Shown here piece after piece: positions 1 to 18,928 of a stretch of 64,000 nucleotides of DNA. The DNA lies in the NCBI GenBank assembly GCA_051362555.1, contig CM120648.1:5762587-5826586 (forward strand), written 5' to 3'. This DNA is from Lingula anatina. Its lineage: Eukaryota > Animalia > Brachiopoda. Both the position numbers and the translations under genes were made by a program. The notes beneath the pieces were generated by a model that was given only the letters and a program-made list of their open reading frames with translations, ran no database searches and was not told the DNA's origin. How positions within the stretch are numbered: the first letter of the stretch is position 1; each line of letters opens with the position of its first letter.

Positions 1-142
1 ACACTCTTCACTTGTAACAATCTGACAGGGTCGCCCACTCCAGTTTAAAGGTAGCCTATTATTTTAATGTTTATGTAATGTAAATTTAAGGTAACAGTCA
101 CTTTATTGTTTTATCATGTGGTTTTCTGTTATTGTGTTAAAG

Positions 143-493
143 GTTGGACGTTCACCTTGACTGGGTCATATGCTCCAGGTGTGCAGTTTGCAGGTAAGAC
201 CACAAAACCACCGCATTTCTTAGAGTTTTTTTTTTAAAACGCAAGGATATACTCAATGCATAAAAGACGGGAAAGATATAATAAGTCCAGAACCATTCAA
301 AATGCAATGTTTTCATACAGGTGGGTGCCTCGTGGTCAATACTCTCGTCATGTTTGCTGTGGAGATTTCATCTGGCAAAAATCCCAGACAGAAGATGGCG
401 GAAGTTGCCAACCTGGATCACGTGTCTTCTGGCTGCACCGAAATTAGTCCGAGTACGGTCAGCCGATCCGCAGAGAACATGGCTGTTAGATGA
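143..493 (+). CDS. SLC16/MCT-family transporter paralog A, last two coding exons (143-193, 321-493); gene starts upstream of the window
   Basis: ag|GTTGG...TTTGCAG|gtaag is a 51-nt exon (GWTFTLTGSYAPGVQFAG). tacag|GTGGGTGC...TGA gives GGCLVVNTLVMFAVEISS.... Both match exons 5 and 6 of the neighbouring complete paralogs. AATAAA at 760-765. Confidence 0.9.
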
Positions 494-884
494 CCTTCAT
501 AAAAAACACTTATAAGGGGAACCAAAGCAGATACATTCAACTGAAACATCACTCTTCTAATTTATAACACCAGCATGCCAAGCGACACCTGCGTAACCTT
601 TACCTAGCTACATATATTGATAAGTGAGTGAAGAGTACGAAATCAAAGTGAACGTTTTGTCATCCATTTATATCATACTAAGAAAATGCTAAAATTAAAT
701 CTTTTTTCTAATTCATCACCAAGATATATCGTATCCAAACTATTTACTGCAGTACAACCAATAAATCCTTTTAAGTTGTGAGTTTCTAGTTTCGGAGTCA
801 CTCTGGCAAAAGAGACAGAGATTAGTGAATTTCAGTGGTTTTGGTAAAAGTCTGAAATATAGAACTCGAAAGTGGGTTTATAGA

Positions 885-1029
885 CATGGGCGTCACTTGA
901 CCCCCGCCCCCCCCCCCCCCCCTGGAATTTTGACGGGCACGTTAATTGCGGGAACCCAGCCAATCATTAACTCCCCTTCAATGACTTTGACCCCCCCCCC
1001 CCCCGGAAAATATTCTGCGGACGCCCATG
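885..1029. mobile_element. hAT-type MITE
   Basis: TIR CATGGGCGTC...GACGCCCATG; 8-bp flanks tttataga/tttatgga match at 7 of 8 positions, consistent with an hAT TSD. Confidence 0.7.
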
Positions 1030-1724
1030 TTTATGGATAATAATATCTCCTGGTAATTGTAAGAAGAAGTTGCTTAACGTTTCCAAGAAAGGTATTATGC
1101 AATGTAAAGATCTAACGTGCATTATACGTGCATTAACCTGCGCTGTTTGTTTAAGGAGGACTTATATCGGGTGATGAGGCATTGGTATAAAATTTAATAA
1201 ATGAAAGATATGAACAGACTCCAGACCTTATCTTGAAGGATTAAGATGATGACCTTTGTTGCAAGTGCTCTCTTTGGTATTTAAGGAGATAGCTTTGTAT
1301 ATACGAACTATTTCTGTTTTACGCTAGTGGACTTTATGCATGTAAATCTGGTGGCAATGGTGGTGGTGGTGGTGGGGGGGGGGGGGGGGGGGTCGGGGGG
1401 GGGGTCACGTGCCTAAAATGAAAATAAAATGCTGTATCCCCTGATCCCCCCTCCCCTCAATTTACCTCCCCCTTTTCCCGCCCCACGATGGTTAATACAT
1501 AAAAGGCTTTATTTTTGATTGTATCTTTATCTGAACATGTTATATACTATACTTTCTTTGCAGAATAGATTGCATGACACACATATCAAAATGCCTCCTT
1601 TTCAACACTCATAATTTTAAAATACGATTCACGATGTTTACTTCAAAACCTTGGAGAACAACAACGTGTGCGCTATAAAATAAGGTTCAACTTTTGACCT
1701 TTTACACAATATTACAGCAAAAAA

Positions 1725-4700
1725 TTAAGTGGTTGTATTATAAATATAAGCATGTGCAGATTTGACAGGAATATCCAGATGAGACGCTGCCTTTAGCCTA
1801 TGGACATCTCCTCTACAACGTGAAGTAGTATGGATATCACTATTGTGACAGGAAGTGACGTCATTGAATTTGTTATCCTCTAAAATATCCTCGCCGTGCT
1901 TTCCACGGGAAGCTGCTTTCATTGCAAACATAACCAGTGTGTTAACAAGAAGACACCCACCTGAAAAATAATATAATAAAACACGTTTATGTATCATACC
2001 TCAGGGCACAGCCTGACACCTAGAGGATTTTGAATTAGAAAAGCACTCAGAGAATATAGACCTCCGACAAGGCATCTATATACAAGTATGAAATAAAAAA
2101 TGGGATCCGTCGTTAAAGATATATAGTATAATAAAAGTTATATTAATTGTGGTTAGCAACTGAACGACGAGCCTTACCCGCAAATTGCACGGCAAAAGCA
2201 TACGACCCAGTCACACTATAGGTCCAGCCTGTAACAGAATAAGACAACAATTAACACAATGGACAGCTATGTGCTCATACCACTTGGTTTTAAAGCATAT
2301 ATATTAGAAGTTTACATGATCGTGAAAATTCCAGGATGTTACATCACTCGTTGGTTAATAAGTCTACCTGCCTGTCTTTTGTTTATTTAATCATGCTTTT
2401 TCGTTAATTAATCTACTGACTCTTCCCTCCTCTCTCCGTTAGTTTACTCGCCTGTCTATTTGCTCGTACGGTTATGTCGTTATCTATTTTAGCCATTTAT
2501 TCTATATAATCCTAAAACTCCGTGCGTCCATAAGTCTGTCATTTGTCTTTCTTTCTGCGTTTAAGTATTTTGCTTGTTTCAAATATAAATTAGTAGACAA
2601 GTATAGCCGTACCTCCAACTATGGGTCCAAAGAAAAAACCAAGTCCCACTACACTCTGCAAAATCCCAATTGAAGCGCCGAAATGCTTCGATTCCACACT
2701 TTGTAAAGTTATAGCTGCATGAGCTGTGAAAAAGGGTGTTGTATACACAGCAAATATCACAGCATATATGAGTTGCCCCGTAAAGTTTACCATGAATAAC
2801 GGGCAAAGTACTGTCACGACACCACTGACTGTTTGCGACATACTGTAAACCGTCCACATATCAACATCCGGGTGATTCATGACGGCTCCAAAGAGGGGCT
2901 TCAGTGCGAGGCTAGTTATTCCAATAGCGCCGAGCAACAATGCGGACGCGTGAATCGAAGTCCCGGAGTAAACGGCATACGCAGGAAAATGGAAGAAAAA
3001 CATCCCCAGCACCAAGGAGACCAATGTGGTATTAAACATCAAAAGATCAAATGGAATATTTTTGAATATCGCAATGTCAAAGGCACTACCGCCCCTCTGT
3101 TTCTTGTGAAGGTATTCATTTGTATGGGGTCGTAACAATGCTCCAACTGCTATTAAATGCAGGCTAAAAGCCGAGAGCATTAAAAACGCCCCTCGCCATG
3201 TGTAGATGTCAATGAAGTAGTGTGTCAGCGGTCCCCAAACCAATTGTCCCATGCTGGAGCCCATTTGCATGATGGCAATGGCAAAAGATCTTTTGGCGTT
3301 GAAATAGTGGGACACGCTGATATGAACCGCTTGGTAGCAAAATGCTAGGCCTACACCTAGAAAGATAGAGATATATAAATGGCATATATTAAGGTGCTGG
3401 CAAACTGTTGCATTTAAAGGAACGCGTGAGTATCGAATGTCAAATCGTTTTTACATACAACTGTGAGTGAATTAATTATTTCAAAATCGTTTTTACATAC
3501 AACTGTGAGTGAATTAATGATTTCACCCCTTTGCGGTGTATGATAAAAAATTTAACTTGCGTATGAACAGCGCATCGTTACGTTCATTAATTTTCATAAG
3601 CTGATAAAAAGTTGTGCATGTAATCAACCTCACACACGATACTCATATTTGCCTCTATACGATTAAGTGTAACACGGACTTAAGATTCTGGAAATTAAAT
3701 TGATAATTCATGATTGAAAGTCAAGCAATCCAGACCACTGGTAATGCGATTGTACACTTGTAAGTCGACAAAATGAATTACTGTGTATTTCTGTAATTCT
3801 TCACATAAAGATTTAACAGCATCATTTGCACCTGTAAACACCCCAAATGATATGATGAGATGAGTACAGTTACTGGCAAAGAAACTCCCCACCAGACCAG
3901 CGGCGGCCAACAGCCCTCCTATCATACAGCCTCTCCTACAGTCCAGCTTGTCACATAGTATACTGGCCAGGAAGCCTGGAAATGAGGACCAAAAAAAAAA
4001 AAAACAATATAAATATATATTAATTAAACTTTATTAATTAATTTCTCTATTAAGTTCTGTATATAGCCCCAGTTTCTAATTAATTAATTAATTAGTTAAT
4101 TAATTAGAAAATATACTTGAGACCCTTTTCAAGTCAAGCGAAAAAGTCTCTATATATACTAAGCCCCAGTGAATGGGATTGGGAACTTTATAATCTGTAA
4201 CAGAGTCACCTTAGCAACAAAGTCCCCCGAGGAAGGCAAGACCGTGTTAACATATCAATATATCCACTGTTTATAAATAATTTAACTGAAAAGGGTAAGC
4301 GCACTGTACCCCCCCCCCCCCCTGTTAAAACAGGAGGGTCTTTGCTTGCTTCTTTGGCTATGCGGTCAGTAACGTCACTCTACCTGATATCACTGACTGG
4401 CCCAGAAACACGGAACCCACCATAGAAGTGAGAACGTCCCCTTCACCCAGATCCTCCAATAATGGTAGATAGAAGACACCTAAAATGAAACAATTCATTG
4501 TGTTCCTAGGAACAGTCTGGAAGCCTAAATTCATATACGAACACCAGGCCATACTGCTAAAACGACATATTCGTTTGGTAAGGTAGTGGGACTCCATCGA
4601 TTGAATGGAGGGCCATATGAAACACTACTTGTTCAAAATATTGCTAAGAGCAGCATTGTGTTAGTGTGTTTGGTTTAATTCTTTAAAAATCTCCAATTTA

Positions 4701-5018
4701 CTAAAACTGTGACCTGATGACCATAAAAAATAACCCCTTATGTTTAATAGTTGTTTGATAATGAAAAAAAAAAAATCACTGACCACAACTATACAAATAC
4801 CCGTTGCCAAGGAAAAGCCCCACTGCTCCTGCTACCATGACAACCCAAGACCACCCGCTGTCCACGTGATCACACAGGCCGCGGATTTCTTCTTCAGATG
4901 ACGCCGAGACATCTTCTTTCTCTTCCTTGACATCAGGAAGAGACAGAATAGACGACCCCAATACCAAATTCGGAAGACTAACGCTCATGTTGTTTCTAGA
5001 ATTAATAGGTGGCTCCAT
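1725..5018 (-). CDS. SLC16/MCT-family transporter paralog B, about 501 aa; exons 5018-4784, 4479-4384, 3975-3832, 3356-2613, 2228-2178, 1960-1725
   Basis: All introns are GT-AG and phase 1; exons sum to 1506 nt with an open frame. MCT motifs: DSGWSWVV (TM1), YFNAKRSFAIAI (YFxKRRxLAxG-like), TWRGAFL, LLRP, GPIVGG. Confidence 0.93.
2035..2074 (+). mobile_element. 5' fragment of the Helentron/HINE-like element
   Basis: TAGAAAAGCACTCAGAGAATATAGACCTCCGACAAGGCA matches the start of the full copy at 13545. Confidence 0.65.
3441..3525. repeat. about 42-bp direct tandem duplication (intronic)
   Basis: aaatcgtttttacatacaactgtgagtgaattaat occurs twice, head to tail. Confidence 0.85.
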
Positions 5019-5236
5019 CTGTGTAAGGTGTCTCTCGAAAATTTACCAAGTAACCCGGAGAACCAGCCTGCCAAGAAACGTCTTCCTGCACATTAAATGA
5101 AGTAAATTTAGAATGTAAATTTAATTATTAGCAAGTGCATACTAGGCGTACTAGCGCTGGCCTCTGCACTGCATGTAGTGATGTTTTAAGGTAGGGCCTA
5201 CCGTCGCACTAAGCTTATATACACTTGCAGCACTAA

Positions 5237-5456
5237 GACTGCATTCCCACAGATTTTAGATAGATCCATCCCCGTGGGGAGTCTCACTAGATTACTGTCA
5301 GCTTAGCCGGCTTAAATTTCTGTCCCACCTTCTAAAAGCTGTAAGGGGGTAATTAAATTAACTTCCGTGTGCGCTCGGCTGACAGCAATTTAGCATGACT
5401 CCTCAGAGAGCTAGGTCGATCCAGATGGATCGATCTAAATCTGTGGGAATGCAGTC
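5237..5456. mobile_element. PIF/Harbinger-type (Tourist-like) MITE, 'cattccca' family
   Basis: About 33-bp TIR GACTGCATTCCCACAGATTT(T)AGATxGATCCATC with TAA TSD on both sides. The internal sequence is shared, in inverted orientation, with 16962-17169. Confidence 0.85.
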
Positions 5457-6292
5457 TAAAATATGATAAAAAAGAGACCCTGTGCAGTCAAACGCACGGG
5501 GTTCATAAATAAATCCGTTTTCCGTTTCATTTTGGACTAATGACATTCAACTGCACATCTAGGTCTATCTGTCCCCGGCTTTGTACACATATACCGATTG
5601 TTTACATGATTCAACCTTTTTTTTAGCTGTGTATACATTAGAACCTACCTGTGTGCTGTTGCTTTGACTGGACAAATAAGCATGCGTAGGTAGACCTCAC
5701 TTTCCCTGCATTCGCCCCAACCAGGGCCAGCTGTCTGAAAACAGTTAACAGAGTGGTCTTTGGTCTATGTTGCAATGCACCCCTGTTATAGAGTATAGCC
5801 TGCGCGCTTGGTTACTGCATTGTTCGCGTGCGTGATAACTCACCTGTGGATTGTATTGGGATATCGAACGACAAATCAAATACATGTATATGCCAACCAA
5901 TATTTTCATTTCAATGTGCACAGCAATAAGGGGCGCGAGGGTGACGTTAAGATAGTTATGGCGTCATGTAAGGTAGTTTAATTTATTTGTTCTACCTTGT
6001 GCTCATTAACGTAGCCCAAGCAGAGGCAGGGTGCTTAAACTGTACAACGCCGAGATTTTGGGCGTTTAAGGGGGAACCACGAGTTAAAAATGGTCGTAAA
6101 ATAAGCCTCGGGATGCCAAAAGTGTCAAAAACCACGTGCTCCGAGTAAATGATAAAAAAGCTGTCAGCCCATGGTGTCCTGTTGCGAACTTGTACTGAAC
6201 GCAGAAAACGCCATTCCTTTTGTATTCTGACTTCGGAATAAACAGGGCGTTTCATTGACGTTATTCACATTTAAAAGCAATTAAATTCAGTC

Positions 6293-6353
<61 letters not shown>
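6293..6353. repeat. (TAA)n microsatellite
   Basis: Uninterrupted ataataat... run. Confidence 0.95.
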
Positions 6354-6354
<1 letters not shown>

Positions 6355-7496
6355 TTATTCGAGCATTAAATGTGACAGTTATGTGACATTTGTTAGCCCT
6401 CTATACTACAAATAGATAAATAAATAAATAGATATATATATCACTATGGATTACTACTTATACAGTGTTTAAAAATACTTTTTACAATTGTAAATAGTTC
6501 AATACACTGAGAGAACACACATTTTACTTTTATAGGCTTATAGCTATTATTATTATTATTATTTTAATGCCCAAGCTAGCGGTGTAAAAGTATTTCAGTT
6601 TGTGTTTGATAATTTTCATTTAGGTCCAACTACCAAGCCGATGAACAATTGTGCTCGACTCCCAAACAGACTGTGACCGTTTACTGACATGAGCATCTGT
6701 TTCAGAAGGCTTTATTACGTAAGAGCCAACTCCCGAGGCTGAGTGCTTTTTGCCTGGTGGCCTCCAGACTGAGATTGCATTCCAGCGGTGGCTGAGAAGA
6801 TTGTGTCTGTGTACAGACACAGGATTTGCAGTGCATCTGCTGTGTGACTGGTTTTAGCGTTGTGTTTCCAATGGCTCTGTTTATGTTCTTTACTTACAAG
6901 TTGAACGAAAACAACATGACCATGTCATGTTATCCAAGTACATTCTCCAAAACCGTGGAAAGCAACATAGCGATAGAGGTTATTATAGTTAAAGAGATGA
7001 ACATCTACCTACAGACACAATTTAAGTGACATGGTATTCTGGCCTTGGCTAGGTACATGTATAGGTCAAACATAACAAACATTTATATTAAGAACCTGTT
7101 TCTCCTATTGGCCTTCATGGCACAAGTCAAGAAACAGGTGCGTGCGTCGGTGCCTCGACCAGAAGCACACATCTCAATGTGTCTCATATGATGTAAATTA
7201 AAGTTCAGGTTATGAATTATTATGACTATATCCACAGCCATCGATTTATTTTAGTTAAACTGATTTTTTTATCCTTGCTTTTATGTTGTTTTATTTCATT
7301 TTATTGTGTTACTTTATTTTTATCATCCTGAAAAATATCTAAATGTAATATCATGATTCGAATGACAATTTTTGTTGCTGTTTTTTTTTTTTCCTTTTTT
7401 TTAACGAGCATTGTCGACTGTCTTTTCAGTGTAATTTACAATCGTGCTTTGCAGAGAAAGGCAATACTCGACCAAAAACGAAGACCAAACTCACAC

Positions 7497-7598
7497 CGTA
7501 TTTATGTAGTCCCATTCATATACATATGCCTGTACATACTTTATCCTCGTATTTATGTAGTCCCATTCATATACATATGCCGGTACATACTTTATCCT
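7497..7598. repeat. 51-bp direct tandem duplication
   Basis: cgtatttatgtagtcccattcatatacatatgccYgtacatactttatcct-like unit twice with one mismatch; it explains the repeated peptide in ORF 7353-7649. Confidence 0.9.
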
Positions 7599-8304
7599 CC
7601 GTATACATGCACCGGTATCAGCACAGACGGAAATAGGGCTTTGTCCTGAGATGGTTTAAGAAATGATTAAACAGTACCTTCACTGGTTGAGGATAACCTG
7701 ACTAGAATATGAAATAAGGACACTGGAATAGACATCCCCCTCTGTTTTGTATCGTTATGTTTGATACACCATTTTTTTTTTTGGGGGGGGGGCACAATAG
7801 AATTTGAAATAGGCGAGAGTGCCCGTTGTTCTCATCTCCTCTTCTCCCTCTCCTTCCCCAAGGACCCCCACTTTACCAGAACGATCACCTTGCACCGTGC
7901 CGGTGGACATCACGGAAGACCTGGCCAGATTAACGAATGGTTCACCGTGAGATCAAGACCCTAATCCCCACGTGTGTTTGCATACCGATATAGAGCAAGT
8001 AGAGGTACCAGGTCGAGTGCCGGCGATGGCCATAGGCCAAAGACCAGTCTCAGTTCAGATCAGGTATCAGCGTTAACTTACTAGAGCGTTATAAGATGTT
8101 CATCTCAACCATTTTACCAGAGATACGTACTTTGCGTTTATGTAAAATAACAAGTATCACTATCAAATAATGAATCTATCTATCCACTATAATTATTTTC
8201 TGAGATTATTACTACAATATTTTGCGAAACTTGAATAAAAATCAGTATTATATTGTGTGCAACAGGTGTTTATCAACCTCTTTTCAAAGCAACTACATGG
8301 CTTA

Positions 8305-8529
8305 GACTCCGTTCACATGAAAAATCTATTTTCTAAAAATCTATTTTCTATTCGCGGTATCTTGTGATCACTCCGAGCGCAGCCGAGAATTAATTACAGC
8401 TTTGGAAGTAACTGGCTCGCGCTGCCAGTAATTACGCCGCGGGATATTCAGGGCACAGACCGTGATCACAAGATACCGCGAATAAAAAAATAGATTTTAA
8501 AAAAATAGACTTTTCATGTGAACGGAGCA
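8305..8529. mobile_element. PIF/Harbinger-type MITE with about 65-bp TIRs
   Basis: ctccgttcacatgaaaaatctatttt...cgcggtatcttgtgatcac is mirrored by gtgatcacaagataccgcg...ttttcatgtgaacggag; TTA/TAA flanks. Confidence 0.85.
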
Positions 8530-10424
8530 TAAAAGACTGCTCAAGGCGACGATTAAAATGCCATGTGACCGCAGCATTGTGCTAGTTGTGCCAAGACTCG
8601 CAACAGAGAGCGCAATCCATCACGCCCTTGTGGCAACCAAGGACCGCAAGGAGGCACTGAGAATAGGCCAAGGTAAGCACGCAAGAAGGACAAGAAACCA
8701 AAGGGTGATTAGGCATTTCAAAATTAAGTGAAAGGACAACACTTTTCCTTTTTTATCTTTTACCATAAACATATGACGTTTCCATAAAAGTTAAGTGACG
8801 AGCAGCAGGTAACGAGGAAGAAACACTAGCAATAGATACACTTAATATACATGTTTAACATGCATGCATCGGCGTGCATATAGAAAGGAGGGCCTTTGGT
8901 TAATATCAGGAACACCAGTCGCTAAAAAGTGAATAATGGTTGTCCCTTGTTTTATTGCCACCCAGGTTACGTGCTACAGTACTTCTGCGCCGTGCTCTAG
9001 GTACGTAGGCCTATACAACGAGACGCAATATAAAATAACCCGAATAAGGACACTCGCTATGCAGTAAACCAATATAGACTCTCGACCTTGATTAAAAAAT
9101 GAGCCCGGAGATTCTATCCGAAATAAGACGTTATTTTCATATGTATTGAAAATGCTGGTAGTTATCCGCTGCAATTTATCACGTCAAATGAATGGATGAA
9201 AGCACAGTTGTTATTAGTGCATTTGGCAATATACATGTGTATCATTTATGTTATAGCTATTACTACCGATGTCTTCATCAACTGGACAAAGTAAACCAGA
9301 TACCACGCCTAGTCACTATAAGTGCAGCACATCTAGTTTGCTTAACCTGCAATAAACTTTAGCGACGAACACTTACCTGTGCACTCCAAATCAGAAACAA
9401 GTTACAGTAATAGATTCAGTATTGTGCAATATTATGCCTTCTTGGCACATAATGAATAGTTAGCTGCACAACTTTGCATACGACCATTGAATTCACAAAA
9501 AGTAGGACACCGTGTATTTATCCCATGCAGAACACACTTTTTCAATACGGTGCGTACTCTCCAAGGTCTCTTTGTCGCAGCGGACCTAACCCGGTTGGCC
9601 ACGCTAGCAGCGTAACATGTACCATGGTTGTACCTTCTGCAAGGTGCTTCTCATCTCAAGCCGCTCATCGCGTTAAGCCCGCAAGGAAACGATTCCCTGA
9701 GGCAGCTTTATAAGACATGTACCCCTTTATACACAGTAGGCATGCCTGTTCTTTTTTTTCTTCTCTTATCAATAGAGAATCAACAAACTACGCAATATTG
9801 AATGACTAAATTTAGACTACGCTTTGCGTCATATCGTGTGTTGTATGGTGATATCCTGCGTTGCAGGATGGGCACCGTGGTGAATATAAAAATTACATAA
9901 AACTATTAAATCATCGGAATCAATTCCGTTATTCATTTCCCTGTGAGGATCACAGCTCTCTCTCTGTGTTGTTTCTAGATTATCCTTGGGGTACATGTAT
10001 CTCGCATGCTGAACTGTAAATTACTTAGACACGAAGAAAAGCAAATGTTCCCTATAGCAGAGAGGGGTGACAGTGTTATCTTCAGAGCCCAGTTTCAGAC
10101 AGTGGCGTATCTAGAGCACTGAGTCACGGGTGCCACATGAAAGGTATGGAATATCCTTGAACAGCCCCAGTGCTTGTTCTGGGCCTTTTTCCCTCTGAAT
10201 ACGTCACTGGTTTCAGCATTAAGGCCAGCCAACATTGTTAAGTTGGTTAACGAGCACGGACAATCCAAGTTTTTACGAAACGGTTTTTGGTACTTTTTTA
10301 TTTTCGTATAAAAACATTGAGTACTGGTTTTGGAAAGTGGGAACAATGCACACCCAAACCAAAGAAAAAACGTATTTATCACATGTAACCCTAATACTCT
10401 GACTAACCCTAACCTCTGTTTTTC

Positions 10425-10465
10425 TTATGGGACCCCCTACTTCCATTCCTAGGACTACCACTGTT
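10425..10465. repeat. dispersed repeat fragment; inverted copy at about 29885-29925
   Basis: tatgggaccccctacttccattcctaggactacca versus tggtagtcctaggaatggaagtcgggggtcccata. Confidence 0.7.
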
Positions 10466-12222
10466 GTTACACGGGCTAAAGCAATGCTGATATCTAGACC
10501 AACATGCAACACGCATGACATAGTTGGCGCATACAGGACGGAGGGTGGGGCGGGGGCGGGGGTGGGGGTGAAGGACGGGGGTTCGAAAGAACCGCCCTTT
10601 TGGCAAGTGAAGGTTTTCTCTAAAACAAAATTTTGATCTAGGTTCTTTGTCGATCGTTTCTTTATTTGGGCTAAGGTCCACTTATTGAGAAAAAAGAATC
10701 TGTCCTTTTCAAATTGACAGCTACAGGCTTGGGTTGTAATCCAAGTGATGTCAAACTGTTCTTTGAATGTCGTTGTTTGGTTAAACTTTCAGTCACATTC
10801 CTGTCGTTGTACTGTGGCCTGGCAACCTCAATGAAGATTTTGCCAATCCATTGTTCGGATAATGTGAAGCTCGACGGTGCAGAGTACAGTTTGGATAACC
10901 CCCTATACCCGATTAAACAACGCACAATACACACTATACGTACTAATATGCGGGTCTGTCGATTTGTTTTGTAGATTGAAACGTTTCGTTAATAATGCAA
11001 CGCTGTGTTGCTATCATAATTTTACACATATTGACGTGTTTCTAGATTTATAGCAATAACAATCCATTCCTCTCTTACCATCTGCACATAACTAGGATTA
11101 ATATACATACGCCGTGAAGTGTTTCATTTTTATTTCTAATCTAGGTTCAGGAAGTTGTCCTTTACATTGTGCAGAGACACAGTTCAAGATATGAATTCTG
11201 TGTACTACATTTGTACCAAGTTTTGTCTTTCTCGGATTTATTTCACGTTGAGCTTACTTATGCCAATTTGTAAGCTTACATGAATTCAGATTTGTCTTGT
11301 TCTACTCTGTCCGCTTCAAATCCATTTTATTCAAATCATCGAATAGATCGTGTTCCATTTTGTATGCATCTGATTCTATTTTCAGTCTTAATTTCAAACT
11401 GATTTAGCTTACGAATCGTGTATGTCGAATATTTTGACATACACTGTACCAGTACCTAATATCGTGACAGACCTGGATGCAATACAACATGTGAATGTCG
11501 ATGTGTGTATGACTACAGAGCGTTCACAACAGTAGTCTGAATGACGTAATAAACACAGCGCCATACCCCACCTGTTTACTAGTACATGTACGTTCTCGGT
11601 GTATTTTAAAGTGACATTAAACTAGAATTTGTCAGCATTAGATTGCTGCTAATGTTATTTTTACTGGAGTCTTAACAAGTTTAGCATGAAACTCCTCTTC
11701 CTGGTTCTTCTTGATCATTACTTTAAATTAACCTATAAATATGATCTTTTATACGGAGAAACACCGCTATGTCAGTGGATGATAACATGCACTCCGCACT
11801 GTATTCACACCAATATGCGATTTTCGGTATGGCTATCCATTGAATCATTTTAGAAAAAAGGGGGGGAGAGGTTCCTACGCTCTGTAACTGAAATCCAGTG
11901 CTGACGCCGTTAAAAAAGCCTCTTTTGATGTCGGTCTAAATAATACCAGAGCACGCATAAAAGACAAGGCGCCCATGCAGTCGACAGCCATTTGTATCCG
12001 AGCCTGATCATGAATCACATTTCAGTGTGAAGTAAAGGAAAGACGAACCACGAACGAGCTGACACTTTTTTAAAAGCACCTTGACAGACGATCGCACTGA
12101 CGACTACAAATTCGTCCCCGGCGAGTGATTAAGCAAAGAGCTGTATATGAATATATGCACCAGGAGAATACCTGGTGTTCCTGACCTAACTAAAAAGGCG
12201 CCCTAAACATATATGTGATCAG

Positions 12223-12369
12223 GGCCCCGCATCTCGAAAGCATCGCGCATTGCGACCGAGCGCAAGCGTCTCGATTCCATAACTCGGCCATACTCGTCCC
12301 ATATAATACACTGTAGCCTCTATTTGATATCGCTATTCGCAATACGCGATGCTTTCGAGTTACGGGGCC
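12223..12369. mobile_element. PIF/Harbinger-type MITE (CWG target)
   Basis: TIR ggccccgcatctcgaaagcatcgcgcattgcga / tcgcaatacgcgatgctttcgagttacggggcc; CAG TSD on both sides. Confidence 0.85.
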
Positions 12370-12727
12370 CAGGTTGGCAGTATATCAACAGACAGACTTG
12401 ACAGGCAACGAACCGACCTTGGCGGCTTTGTGGTCTTGCAGTAGTCTATCCTGCATTTCATACAGCCCACCAGGACGTCTAGAAGTTTTATGAGACAGGA
12501 TAGCTCTAGGGAGAAGAGGCTTAATATACTGTTAACATTTTGTAACATTTATGATTGTGTGATCTACAAGTACATGTACCGTATCGCTGTCCTTCTGTAG
12601 TGGACGTAGAATATCGGCACTGGGGTAAGTACGTATATGTCTTGATATATTTACTATACACTGAAGGAAATCCGTCTAAGGCCACAGGTAACACAGTTTA
12701 AAAGAGTGGGTTATGGTGCGTGTAAGA

Positions 12728-12728
12728 A

Positions 12729-12794
<66 letters not shown>
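12728..12794. repeat. (TG)n(GA)n compound microsatellite
   Basis: Read directly from the sequence. Confidence 0.95.
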
Positions 12795-12797
<3 letters not shown>

Positions 12798-12961
12798 AGT
12801 ACAGTATCGAAACGACTCGGTTTTAACAATGTTCTTGTGGATTAATTACTGCTTGAAAAATGTTCATATGATCTATTTCACGCATTTTTAAAGCCAACGT
12901 ATCTCATCCTGTTAGGCCCTATTTGCAGAACAAAGGTGAAGGACAAACTTCCCAGTCACCA

Positions 12962-18783
<5,822 letters not shown>

Positions 18784-18928
18784 ATAAACCGCCTTTGGTT
18801 GATCACCCTTCACCGTGATCGCCTTGTGATTCATACCTCGGGAAACGCACTGGCTTTCTCTACGTTCAGACATCAACGGGTAATACAACAAAAAATTGCC
18901 ACACCCTTTGAATATCCCCAGCTTGCTT

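Noticed and set aside
1356-1405. Poly-G tract as a functional G-quadruplex or terminator between paralogs A and B
   Set aside because: Poly-G and poly-C runs occur throughout the window, so this one is not distinctive.
3826-3832. Weak donor GTGCAA as a sign that paralog B is a pseudogene
   Set aside because: The GT is intact, the exon length (144 nt) is conserved and the whole frame is open.
9575-9610. tRNA/SINE-like A-box (gctagcgtggcc...ggttagg on the minus strand)
   Set aside because: No B-box, cloverleaf or second copy is visible.
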